From the human T2T-CHM13v2.0 reference genome, Homo sapiens, in assembly GCF_009914755.1 (NCBI RefSeq), contig NC_060948.1: a stretch of 64,000 bases of DNA, one strand, 5' to 3'. Each line of letters begins with the position of its first letter. Position 1 is the first letter of the stretch. The notes under the pieces were generated by a model, which did not search any database, had not been told where the DNA came from, and was given only the letters and a program-made list of their open reading frames with translations. Shown in pieces: positions 11,708-25,967 of the stretch. Position numbers and translations under genes: made by a program.

Positions 11708-14700
11708 GGCCTGGAATAAAGTGGAATGCTACGGTCTCGAATGGAATAAAAATGTATGGAATGGAATGCAATGAAACGGAATCGAATGTCATAGAATGTA
11801 ATGGAATGCAAAAAAATGGAATCCAAAATCATTGAATGGAAAGGCTGGGTGTCGAAAGGAATTGACTCCAATGGAATGGAATCGAATGGAATGGAAGTGA
11901 ATAGAATCGAACTAAATCGTATGGAATGGAATTGATAGGAACGGAATGGAAAGGAATGCAATGATTTGGCATGGAATGGAATCGAATGGCATCGAATGGA
12001 ATGGAATGGAATGCAATGGAATGGAATGTATTAGAATGGAATGAACTTTAATGGAATGTACTCGAATGGATTCGACTGGAATGGAATGTTCTGGAAGTGA
12101 ATGGACTCCAATGGAATGGATTCAAAAGGAATGGAATCGTACGGAATGGAATCTAATGGAATGGAATTAAATGGAAATGAATCAAATTGAATAGCACGGA
12201 ATTGAATTGAATGGAATGGAATGCAATGGAATCTAATGAAACGGAAAGGAAAGGAATGGAATGGAATGGAATGGGCTGGAATGGAAAGGAATCGAAACGA
12301 ATGGAATGGAATCGAACTGAAGAGACTGGAATGGAATGCACTGGAATGGAAGGGAGTGTAATGGAAGGTTCTCGAAAAAAATGGAATCGAATGGAATGCA
12401 ATTGAATGGAACGGAGTAGAGCCGAATGCAATTGAATGGAATGGAATGGACTAGAGTGAAATGGAATCGAACCACAAGGAATGGACAGGAATAGAATGGT
12501 CTCGAATTGAATGGAATCGTATGGAATGGCATCAAACGGAATGGAATGGACAGCCACGGAATGGAATGCACTCGAATGCAATGGAGTCGAATCTAATGGA
12601 CTGGAATAGAATGGACGCGACTGGTACGGACTCCAATGGAATGGAATCGAATGGAAGGGAATCGAACGGAAGGGAATCGAATGGAATGGACTCGAAGGGA
12701 AAAGACTGTAATGGAAAGGTCTCGAATGGAATGGAAATTAATGGAATGGAATGGAATCGAATGAAATGGAGGCAAAAGGAATGGAATCGAATGGCAAGAA
12801 ATCGAATGTAATGGAATCGCAAGGAATTGATGTGAACGGAACGGAATGGAATGGAATCCAAAGGAATGGAATAGAATGGAATGGAATCGAATAGAAAGGA
12901 CTCGAATGGAAATCACTCGAATAGAATGCAATTTAATAAAATAGGATCAAATGTAATGGAATGGAATGGAAAGGAATCGAAACGAAAGGAATGGAGACAG
13001 ATGGAATGGAATGGAACAGAGAGCAATGGTATAGAACGGAATGGAATCATCTGGAATGGAATTGAATGGAATGGAATAATATGAAATGGAAAGGAATGAA
13101 ATGGAATGCCCTTGAATTAAATGGACTACAATGGTATGGACTCGAACAGAGTGGAATGGAAAGTGTTGAAATAGAATGGAATTGACTCGTTTGGAATGGT
13201 CTAGTATGCAATGCAATCGACTGGCAGGGAATCAAAAGGAATGTAATCGAGTGGATTGGACTGGAATGCAATGGACTCGAATAGATTGGAAACGGAATGC
13301 AAAGGAATGGAATGGAATAGTATGGAATGGAATGGAAAGGAATGGAGTGGAATAGACTAGAGTGGAATGGAATGGACTCGAAAGCAATGGACTGGAATGG
13401 AACTTTCTTGAATGGACTGGAACCAAACGGAATGGAATGCAATGCAATCAAATGGCATGGAATAAGATAGAATGAAAGAGAATCAAATGGAATTGAATCG
13501 AATGGAATCGAATGGATTGGAAAGGAATAGAATGGAATGGAATGGAATTGACTCAAATGGAATGGACTAGAATGGAATGGATTCGAATGGAAGGCAAAGG
13601 AATGGAATCTATCGGAATGCACTGTAATGGAATGGAATGGAAGGGATTGGAATGGATTCGAATGGAATGGACTGCAATAGAAAGGATTCGAATGGAATGA
13701 AAAAGAATTGAATGGAATAGAACAGAATGGAATCAAATCGAATGAAATGGAATGGAATAGAAAGGAATGGAATGAAATGGAATGGAAAGGATTCGAATGG
13801 AATGCAATCGAATGGAATGGAATCGAACGGAATGGAATAAAATGGAAGAAAACTGGCAAGAAATGGAATCGAAATGAATGGAGTGTTTTGGAACGGACTC
13901 AAAAGGAATTGAATGTAATAGAATGGAGTGGAGTGGACTCGAATATAATGGACTGGAATGGAATGAAATCACATGGAATGGGAACGAATGGAATGGAATG
14001 GAAAGGAATGGAATCGAATGGAAAGCAATCGAATGGAAGGGAATGAAATTGAATCAACAGGAATGGAAGGGAATAGAATAGACGGTAATGGAATGGACTC
14101 GAATAGAATGGACACGAATGCTCAAATTGAATGGACTCGAATGGAATGGAAACGAAAGGAATGTCATCGAATGGAATTGAATCGATTGGAATGAAATCGC
14201 ATAGAATGGAGTGGAATCAAATGGAATTGAATCGAAAGGAAAGGAAGCGAATGGACTGAAATGAAATGGAATGGAATTGAATGGAAAGTAATGCAATGGA
14301 ATACAATGGAACGAAATTTCACGGAATGGAATCAAACTGAATGGAATCAAATCAATGGAATCTAATCAAATGGAATGGAAAGGAATTGAATGGAGTAGAT
14401 TGGATTGGATGGGATTGGAATGAAATGTACTGGAAAGGACTCGAATTTCATGAAACGGAATGGAATGAATTGGAAAGGAATGGACTCGAATGGAATGGAA
14501 TGTCATGGAATGGTATCAAATGGAATGCCATCAAATGGAATGGAATCGACTGCAATGGAATGTTATGGAATGGAATGGAATGCATTGGAATGGAATGTCC
14601 TCTAATGGAATGGATTCGAGTGGAATGGAATCGAATATAATGGAGTCGAATGAAATGGAATTGAAAGGAATGGGATCGAATAGAATGGAATATACTGGAA

Positions 14701-15281
14701 TGTAATGTAATGAACTCGAATGTAATTGACTGGAATGGAATGTACATGAATGGAATGTAATCGAATGGAAAGTAATCCAATGGAATAGAATCTAATGCAA
14801 TAAAACCGACTCAGATAGAGTAGAATGTAATGGAATGGAGTGCAGTGCAATGAAATGGAATGGAATTGAATGCAATGGAATGGAATGGAATGGAATGGAA
14901 TGGAATGGAATGGAATTGGATGGAATGGTATGGAATGGATAGTAATGGACTGGAGTGAAATGGACTGGAAAGGAATGGACTCAAATTGAAAGGTCTCGAA
15001 AGGAATGGAGTCAAATGGAATGGTCTGGAATGGAATGAACACGAATGTAATGCAATCCAATAGAATGGAATCGAATGGCATGGAATATAAAGAAATGGAA
15101 TCGAAGAGAATGGAAACAAATGGAATGGAATTGAATGGAATGGAATTGAATGGAATGGGAACGAATGGAGTGAAATTGTATGCAGTAGAAGGGAATAGAA
15201 TGGAATGCAAGCGAAAGGAAAGGAATGGATTGGAATGGAATGGAATTCATTGGAATGGAAGGGAATGTAGTGTAATGGACA
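11708..15281. repeat. DYZ1 unit 4, 3574 bp (near-copy of unit 2)
   Basis: GGCC at 11708 and 15282; shares many private variants with unit 2. Confidence 0.9.
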
Positions 15282-18200
15282 GGCCTGGAATAAAGTGGAA
15301 TGCTACGGTCTCGAATGGAATAAAAATGTATGGAATGGAATGCAATGAAACGGAATCGAATGTCATAGAATGTAATGGAATGCAAAAAAATGGAATCCAA
15401 AATCATTGACTGGAAAGGCTGGGTGTCGAAAGGAATTGACTCCAATGGAATGGAATCGAATGGAATGGAAGTGAATAGAATCGAACTAAATCGAATGGAA
15501 TGGAATTGATAGGAACGGAATGGAAAGGAATGCAATGATTTGGCATGGAATGGAATCGAATGGCATCGAATGGAATGGAATGGAATGCAATGGAATGGAA
15601 TGTATTAGAATGTAATGAACTTTAATGGAATGTACTCGAATGGATTCGACTGGAATGGAATGTTCTGGAAGTGAATGGACTCCAATGGAATGGATTCAAA
15701 AGGAATGGAATCGTACGGAATGGAATCTAATGGAATGGAATTAAATGGAAATGAATCAAATTGAATAGCACGGAATTGAATTGAATGGAATGGAATGCAA
15801 TGGAATCTAATGAAACGGAAAGGAAAGGAATGGAATGGAATGGAATGGACTGGAATGGAAAGGAATCGAAACGAATGGAATGGAATCGAACTGAAGAGAC
15901 TGGAATGGAATGCACTGGAATGGAAGGGAGTGTAATGGAAGGTTCTCGAAAAAAATGGAATCGAATGGAATGGAATTGAATGGAACGGAATAGAGTCGAA
16001 TGGAATTGAATGGAATGGAATGGACTAGAGTGAAATGGAATCGAACCACAAGGAATGGACAGGAATAGAATGGTCTCGAATTGAATGGAATCGTATGGAA
16101 TGGCATCAAACGGAATGGAATGGACAGCCACGGAATGGAATGCACTCGAATGCAATGGAGTCGAAACTAATGGACTGGAATAGAATGGACTCGACTGGTA
16201 CGGACTCCAATGGAATGGAATCGAATGGAAGGGAATCGAAAGGAATGGACTCGAAGGGAAAAGACTGCAATGGAAAGGTCTCGAATGGAATGGAAATTAA
16301 TGGAATGGAATGGAATCGAATGAAATGGAGTCAAAAGGAATGGAATCGAATGGCAAGAAATCGAATGTAATGGAATCGCAAGGAATTGATGTGAACGGAA
16401 CGGAATGGAATGGAATCCAAAGGAATGGAATAGAATGGAATGGAATCGAATGGAAAGGACTCGAATGGAAATCACTCGAATAGAATGCAATTTAATAAAA
16501 TAGGATCAAATGTAATGGAATGGAATGGAAAGGAATCGAAACGAAAGGAATGGAGACAGATGGAATGGAATGGAACAGAGAGCAATGGTATAGAATGGAA
16601 TGGAATCATCTGGAATGGAATTGAATGGAATGGAATAATATGAAATGGAATGGAATGGAATGGAATGGAATGCCCTTGAATTAAATGGACTGGAATGGAA
16701 TGGACTCGAACAGAGTGGAATGGAAAGTGTTGAGATAGAATGGAATGGACTCCTTTGGAATGGTGTACTATGCAATGCAATCGACTGGCAGGGAATCAAA
16801 AGGAAAGTAATCGAATGGATTGGACTGGAATGCAATGGACTCGAATAGATTGCAAACGGAATGCAAAGGAATGGAATGGAATAGTATGGAATGGAATGGA
16901 AAGGAATGGAGTGGAATAGACTAGAGTGGAATGGAATGGACTGGAAAGCAATGGACTGGAATGGAACTTTCTTGAATGGACTGGAATCAAACGGAATGGA
17001 ATGCAATGCAATCAAAAGGCATGGAATAAAATAGAATGAAAGAGAATCAAATGGAATTGAATCGAATGGAATCGAATGGATTGGAAAGGAATAGAATGGA
17101 ATGGAATGGAATGGACTAGAATGGAATGGATTCGAATGGAAGGCAAAGGAATGGAATCTATTGGAATGGACTGTAATGGAATGGAATGGAAGGGATTGGA
17201 ATGGACTCGAATGGAATTGACTGCAATAGAAAGGATTCGAATGGAATGAAAAAGAATTGAATGGAATAGAACAGAATGGAATCAAATCGAATGAAATGGA
17301 ATGGAATAGAAAGGAATGGAATGAAATGGAATGGAAAGGATTCGAATGGAATGCAATCGAATGGAATGGAATCGAACGGAATGGAATAAAATGGAAGAAA
17401 ACTGGCAAGAAAGGGAATCGATATGAATGGAGTGTTATGGAACGGACTCAAAAGGAATTGAATGTAATAGAATGGAGTGGAGTGGACTCGAATATAATGG
17501 ACTGGAATGGAATGAAATCACATGGAATGGGAACGAATGGAATGGAATGGAAAGGAATGGAATCGAATGGAAAGGAATCGAATGGAAGGGAATGAAATTG
17601 AATCAACAGGAATGGAAGGGAATAGAATAGACGGTAATGGAATGGACTCGAATAGAATGGACACGAATGCTCAAATTGAATGGACTCGAATGGAATGGAA
17701 ACGAAAGGAATGTCATCGAATGGAATTGAATCGATTGGAATGAAATCGCATAGAATGGAGTGGAATCAAATGGAATTGAATCGAAAGGAAAGGAAGCGAA
17801 TGGACTGAAATGAAATGGAATGGAATTGAATGGAAAGTAATGCAATGGAATAGAATGGAACGAAATTTCACGGAATGGAATCAAACTGAATGGAATCAAA
17901 TCAATGGAATCCAATCAAATGGAATGGAGTAGATTGGATTGGATGGGATTGGAATGAAATGTACTGGAAAGGACTCGAATTTCATGAAACGGAATGGAAT
18001 GAATTGGAACGGAATGGACTCGAATGGAATGGAATGTCATAGAATGGCATCAAATGGAATGGCATCAAATGGAATGGAATCGAATGCAATGGAATGCTAT
18101 GGAATGGAATGGAATGCATTGGAATGGAATGTCCTCTAATGGAATGGATTCGAGTGGAATGGAATCGAATATAATGGAGTCGAATGAAATGGAATTGAAA

Positions 18201-18815
18201 GGAATGGGATCGAATACAATGGAATATACTGGAATGTAATGTAATGAACTGGAATGTAATTGACTGGAATGGAATGTACATGAATGGAATGTAATCGAAT
18301 GGAAAGTAATCCAATGGAATAGAATCTAATGCAATAAAATCGACTCAGATAGAGTAGAATGTAATGGAATGGAGTGCAGTGCAATGGAATGGAATGGAAT
18401 GGAATGCAATGGAATGGAATGGAATGGAATGGAATGGAATGGAATGGAATGGGATGGAATGGTATGGAATGGATAGTAATGGACTGGAGTGAAATGGACT
18501 GGAAAGGAATGGACTCAAATTGAAAGGGCTCAAAAGGAATGGAGTCAAATGGAATGGTCTGGAATGGAATGAACACGAATGTAATGCAATCCAATAGAAT
18601 GGAATCGAATGGCATGGAATATAAAGAAATGGAATCGAAGAGAATGGAAACAAATGGAATGGAATTGAATGGAATGGAATTGAATGGAATGGGAACGAAT
18701 GGAGTGAAATTGTATGCAGTAGAAGGGAATAGAATGGAATGCAAGCGAAAGGAAAGGAATGGATTGGAATGGAATGGAATTCATTGGAATGGAAGGGAAT
18801 GTAGTGTAATGGACA
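15282..18815. repeat. DYZ1 unit 5, 3534 bp
   Basis: GGCC at 15282 and 18816; two 15-bp deletions (near 17110 and 17925). Confidence 0.9.
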
Positions 18816-21800
18816 GGCCTGGAATAAAGTGGAATGCTACGGTCTCGAATGGAATAAAAATGTATGGAATGGAATGCAATGAAACGGAATCGAATGTCAT
18901 AGAATGTAATGGAATGCAAAAAAATGGAATCCAAAATCATTGACTAGAAAGGCTGGGTGTCGAAAGGAATTGACTGCAATGGAATGGAATCGAATGGAAT
19001 GGAAGTGAATAGAATCGAACTAAATCGAATGGAATGGAATTGATAGGAACGGAATGGAAAGGAATGCAATGATTTGGCATGGAATGGAATCGAATGGCAT
19101 CGAATGGAATGGAATGGAATGCAATGGAATGGAATGTATTAGAATGTAATGAACATTAGTGGAATGTACTCGAATGGATTCGACTGGAATGGAATGTTCT
19201 GGAAGTGAATGGACTCCAATAGAATGGATTCGAAAGGAATGGAATCGAACGGAATGGATTCTAATGGAATGGAATTAAATGGAAATGAATCAAATTGAAT
19301 AGCACGGAATTGAATTGAATGGAATCGAATGCAATGGAATCTAATGAAACGGAAAGGAAAGAATGGAATGGAATAGAATGGGCTGGAATGGAAAGGAATC
19401 GAAACGAATGGAATGGAATCGAACTGAAGAGACTGGAATGGAATGCACTGGAATGGAAGGGAGTGTAATGGAAGGTTCTCGAAAAAAATGGAATCGAATG
19501 GAATGGAATTGAATGGAACAGAATAGAGTCGAATGGAATTGAATGGAATGGAATGGACTAGAGTGAAATGGAATCGAACCACAAGGAATGGACTGTAATA
19601 GAATGGTCTCGAATTGAATGGAATCGTATGGAATGGCATCAAACGGAATGGAATGGACAGCCACGGAATGGAATGCACTCGAATGCAATGGAGTCGAAAC
19701 TAATGGACTGGAATAGAATGGACTCGACTGGTACGGACTCCAATGGAATGGAATCGAATGGAAGGGAATCGAACGGAATGGACTCGAAGGGAAAAGACTG
19801 CAATGGAAAGGTCTCGAATGGAATGGAAATTAATGGGATGGAATGGAATCGAATGAAATGGAGTCAAAAGGAATGGAATCGAATGGCAAGAAATCGAATT
19901 TAATGGAATCGCAAGGAATTGATGTGAACGGAACGGAATGGAATGGAATCCAAAGGAATGGAATAGAATGGAATGGAATCGAATGGAAAGGACTCGAATG
20001 GAAATCACTCGAATAGAATGCAATTTAATAAAATAGGATCAAATGTAATATAATGGAATGGAAAGGAATCGAAACGGAAGGAATGGAGACAGGTGGAATG
20101 GAATGGAACAGAGAGCAATGGTATAGAATGGAATGGAATCATCTGGAATGGAATTGAATGGAATGGAATAATATGAAATGGAATGGAATGGAATGGAATG
20201 GAATGCCCTTGAATTAAATGGACTGGACTCGAACAGAGTGGAATGGAAAGTGTTGAGATACAATGGAATGGACTCCTTTGGAATGGTGTAGTATGCAATG
20301 CAATCGACTGGCAGGGAATCAAAAGGAATGTAATCGAATGGATTGGACTGGAATGCAATGGACTCGAATAGATTGGAAACGGAATGCAAAGGAATGGAAT
20401 GGAATAGTATGGAATGCAATGGAAGGGAATGGAGTGGAATAGACTAGAGTGGAATGGAATGGACTGGAAAGCAATGGACTGGAATGGAACTTTCTTGGAT
20501 GGATTGGAATCAAACGGAATGGAATGCAATGCAATCAAATGGCATGGAATAAAATAGAATGAAAGAGAATCAAATGGAATTGAATCGAATGGAATCGAAT
20601 GGATTGGAAAGGAATAGAATGGAATGGAATGGAATTGACTCAAATGGAATGGACTAGAATGGAATGGATTCGAATGGAAGGCAAAGGAATGGAATCTATT
20701 GGAATGGACTGTAATGGAATGGAATGGAAGGGATTGGAATGGACTCGAATGGAATGGACTGCAATAGAAAGGATTCGAATGGAATGAAAAAGAATTGAAT
20801 GGAATAGAACAGAATGGAATCAAATCGAATGAAATGGAATGGAATAGAAAGGAATGGAATGAAATGGAATGGAAAGGATTCGAATGGAATGCAATCGAAT
20901 GGAATGGAATCGAACGGAATGGAATAAAATGGAAGAAAACTGGCAAGAAATGGAATCGAAATGAATGGAGTGTTATGGAACGGACTCAAAAGGAATTGAA
21001 TGTAATAGAATGGAGTGGAGTGGACTCGAATATAATGGACTGGAATGGAATGAAATCACATGGAATGGGAACGAATGGAATGGAATGGAAAGGAATGGAA
21101 TCGAATGGAAAGGAATCGAATGGAAGGGAATGAAATTGAATCAACACGAATGGAAGGGAATAGAATAGACTGTAATGGAATGGACTCGAATAGAATGGAC
21201 ACGAATGCTCAAATTAAATGGACTCGAATGGAATGGAAACGAAAGGAATGTCATCGAATGGAATTGAATCGATTGGAATGAAATCGCATAGAATGGAGTG
21301 GAATCAAATGGAATTGAATCGAAAGGAAAGGAAGCGAATGGACTGAAATGAAATGGAACGGAATTGAATGGAAAGTAATGCAATGGAATAGAATGGAACG
21401 AAATTTCACGGAATGGAATCAAACTGAATGGAATCAAATCAATGGAATCAAATCAAATGGAATGGAAAGGAATTGAATGGAGTAGATGGGATTGGATGGG
21501 ATTGGAATGAAATGTACTGGAAAGGACTCGAATTTCATGAAACGGAATGGAATGAATTGGAACGGAATGGACTCGAATGGAATGGAATGTCATGGGATGG
21601 CATCAAATGGAATGGCATCAAATGGAATGGAATCGAATGCAATGGAATGCTATGGAATGGAATGGAATGCATTGGAATGGAATGTCCTCTAATGGAATGG
21701 ATTCGAGTGGAATGGAATGGAATATAATGGAGTCGAATGAAATGGAATTGAAAGGAATGGGATCGAATACAATGGAATATACTGGAATGTAACGTAATGA

Positions 21801-22378
21801 ACGCGAATGTAATTGACTGGAATGGAATGTACATGAATGGAATGTAATCGAATGGAAAGTAATCCAATGGAATAGAATCTAATGCAATAAAATCGACTCA
21901 GATAGAGTAGAATGTAATGGAATGGAGTGCAGTGCAATGGAATGGAATGGAATGGAATGCAATGGAATGGAATGGAATGGAATGCAATGGAATGGAATGG
22001 AATGGAATGGAATGGGATGGAATGGTATGGAATGGATAGTAATGGACTGGAGTGAAATGGACTGGAAAGGAATGGACTCAAATTGAAAGGGCTCGAAAGG
22101 AATGGAGTCAAATGGAATGGTCTGGAATGGAATGAACACGAATGTAATGCAACCCAATAGAATGGAATCGAATGGCATGGAATATAAAGAAATGGAATCG
22201 AAGAGAATGGAAACAAATGGAATGGAATTGAATGGAATGGAATTGAATGGAATGGGAACGAATGGAGTGAAATTGTATGCAGTAGAAGAGAATAGAATGG
22301 AATGCAAGCGAAAGGAAAGGAATGGATTGGAATGGAATGGAATTCATTGGAATGGAAGGGAATGTAGTGTAATGGACA
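18816..22378. repeat. DYZ1 unit 6, 3563 bp
   Basis: GGCC at 18816 and 22379; 1-bp deletion near 19361 and 10-bp deletion near 20225. Confidence 0.9.
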
Positions 22379-25300
22379 GGCCTGGAATAAAGTGGAATGC
22401 TACGGTCTCGAATGGAATAAAAATGTATGGAATGGAATGCAATGAAACGGAATCGAATGTCATAGAATGTAATGGAATGCAAAAAAATGGAATCCAAAAT
22501 CATTGACTGGAAAGGCTGGGTGTCGAAAGGAATTGACTCCAATGGAATGGAATCGAATGGAATGGAAGTGAATAGAATCGAACTAAATCGAATGGAATGG
22601 AATTGATAGGAACGGAATGGAAAGGAATGCAATGATTTGGCATGGAATGGAATCGAATGGCATCGAATGGAATGGAATGGATTGCAATGGAATGGAATGT
22701 ATTAGAATGTAATGAACTTTAATGGAATGTACTCGAATGGATTCGACTGGAATGGAATGTTCTGGAAGTGAATGGACTCCAATGGAATGGATTCAAAAGG
22801 AATGGAATCGTACGGAATGGAATCTAATGGAATGGAATTAAATGGAAATGAATCAAATTGAATAGCACGGAATTGAATTGAATGGAATGGAATGCAATGG
22901 AATCTAATGAAACGGAAAGGAAAGGAATGGAATGGAATGGAATGGGCTGGAATGGAAAGGAATCGAAACGAATGGAATGGAATCGAAGTGAAGAGACTGG
23001 AATGGAATGCACTGGAATGGAAGGGAGTGTAATGGAAGGTTCTCGAAAAAAATGGAATCGAATGGAATGGAATTGAATGGAACGGAATAGAGTCGAATGG
23101 AATTGAATGGAATGGAATGGACTAGAGTGAAATGGAATCGAACCACAAGGAATGGACAGGAATAGAATGGTCTCGAATTGAATGGAATCGTATGGAATGG
23201 CATCAAACGGAATGGAATGGACAGCCACGGAATGGAATGCACTCGAATGCAATGGAGTCGAAACTAATGGACTGGAATAGAATGGACTCGACTGGTACGG
23301 ACTCCAATGGAATGGAATCGAATGGAAGGGAATCGAACGGAAGGGATTCGAACGGAATGGACTCGAAGGGAAAAGACTGCAATGGAAAGGTCTCGAATGG
23401 AATGGTAATTAATGGAATGGAATGGAATCGAATGAAATGGAGTCAAAAGGAATGGAATCGAATGGCAAGAAATCGAATGTAATGGAATCGCAAGGAATTG
23501 ATGTGAACGGAACGGAATGGAATGGAATCCAAAGGAATGGAATAGAATGGAATGGAATCGAATGGAAAGGACTCGAATGGAAATCACTCGAATAGAATGC
23601 AATTTAATAAAATAGGATCAAATGTAATGGAATGGAATGGAAAGGAATCGAAACGAAAGGAATGGAGACAGATGGAATGGAATGGAACAGAGAGCAATGG
23701 TATAGAATGGAATGGAATCATCTGGAATGGAATTGAATGGAATGGAATAATATGAAATGGAATGGAATGGAATGGAATGGAATGGAATGCCCTTGAATTA
23801 AATGGACTGGAATGGAATGGACTCAAACAGAGTGGAATGGAAAGTGTGGAGATAGAATGGAATGAACTCCTTTGGAATGGTGTAGTATGCAATGCAATCG
23901 ACTGGCAGGGAATCAAAAGGAATGTAATCGAATGGATTGGACTGGAATGCAATGGACTCGAATAGATTGGAAACGGAATGCAAAGGAATGGAATGGAATA
24001 GTATGGAATGCAATGGAAGGGAATGGAGTGGAATAGACTAGAGTGGAATGGAATGGACTGGAAAGCAATGGACTGGAATGGAACTTTCTTGGATGGACTG
24101 GAATCAAACGGAATGGAATGCAATGCAATCAAATGGCATGGAATAAAATAGAATGAAAGAGAATCAAATGGAATTGAATCGAATGGAATCGAATGGATTG
24201 GAAAGGAATAGAATGGAATGGAATGGAATTGACTCAAATGGAATGGACTAGAATGGAATGGATTCGAATGGAAGGCAAAGGAATGGAATCTATTGGAATG
24301 GACTGTAATGGAATGGAATGGAAGGGATTGGAATGGACTCGAATGGAATGGACTGCAATAGAAAGGATTCGAATGGAATGAAAAAGAATTGAATGGAATA
24401 GAACAGAATGGAATCAAATCGAATGAAATGGAATGGAATAGAAAGGAATGGAATGAAATGGAATGGAAAGGATTCGAATGGAATGCAATCGAATGGAATG
24501 GAATCGAACGGAATGGAATAAAATGGAAGAAAACTGGCAAGAAATGGAATCGAAATGAATGGAGTGTTATGGAACGGACTCAAAAGGAATTGAATGTAAT
24601 AGAATGGAGTGGAGTGGACTCGAATATAATGGACTGGAATGGAATGAAATCACATGGAATGGGAACGAATGGAATGGAATGGAAAGGAATGGAATCGAAT
24701 GGAAAGTAATCGAATGGAAGGGAATGAAATTGAATCAACACGAATGGAAGGGAATAGAATACACTGTAATGGAATGGACTCGAATAGAATGGACACGAAT
24801 GCTCAAATTAAATGGACTCGAATGGAATGGAAACGAAAGGAATGTCATCGAATGGAATTGAATCGATTGGAATGAAATCGCATAGAATGGAGTGGAATCA
24901 AATGGAATTGAATCGAAAGGAAAGGAAGCGAATGGACTGAAATGAAATGGAATGGAATTGAATGGAAAGTAATGCAATGGAATAGAATGGAACGAAATTT
25001 CACGGAATGGAATCAAACTGAATGGAATCAAATCAATGGAATCAAATCAAATGGAATGGAAAGGAATTGAATGGAGTAGATGGGATTGGATGGGACTGGA
25101 ATGAAATGTACTGGAAAGGACTCGAATTTCATGAAACGGAATGGAATGAATTGGAACGGAATGGACTCGAATGGAATGGAATGTCATGGGATGGCATCAA
25201 ATGGAATGACATCAAATGGAATGGAATCGAATGCAATGGAATGCTATGGAATGGAATGGAATGCATTGGAATGGAATGTCCGCTAATGGAATGGATTCGA

Positions 25301-25967
25301 GTGGAATGGAATTGAATATAATGGAGTCGAATGAAATGGAATTGAAAGGAATTTGATCGAATACAATGGAATATACTGGAATGTAACGTAATGAACTCGA
25401 ATGTAATTGACTGGAATGGAATGTACATGAATGGAATGTAATCGAATGGAAAGTAATCCAATGGAATAGAATCTAATGCAATAAAATCGACTCAGATAGA
25501 GTAGAATGTAATGGAATGGAGTGCAGTGCAATGGAATGGAATGGAATGGAATGCAATGGAATGGAATGGAATGGAATGGAATGGAATGGAATGGAATGGA
25601 ATGGGATGGAATGGTATGGAATGGATAGTAATGGACTGGAGTGAAATGGACTGGAAAGGAATGGACTCAAATTGAAAGGGCTCGAAAGGAATGGAGTCAA
25701 ATGGAATGGTCTGGAATGGAATGAACACGAATGTAATGCAACCCAATAGAATGGAATCGAATGGCATGGAATATAAAGAAATGGAATTGAAGAGAATGGA
25801 AACAAATGGAATGGAATTGAATGGAATGGAATTGAATGGAATGGAAACGAATGGAGTGAAATTGTATGCAGTAGAAGAGAATAGAATGGAATGCAAGCGA
25901 AAGGAAAGGAATGGATTGGAATGGAATGGAATTCATTGGAATGGAAGGGAATGTAGTGTAATGGACA
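22379..25967. repeat. DYZ1 unit 7, 3589 bp
   Basis: GGCC at 22379 and 25968; longest unit in the window. Confidence 0.9.
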
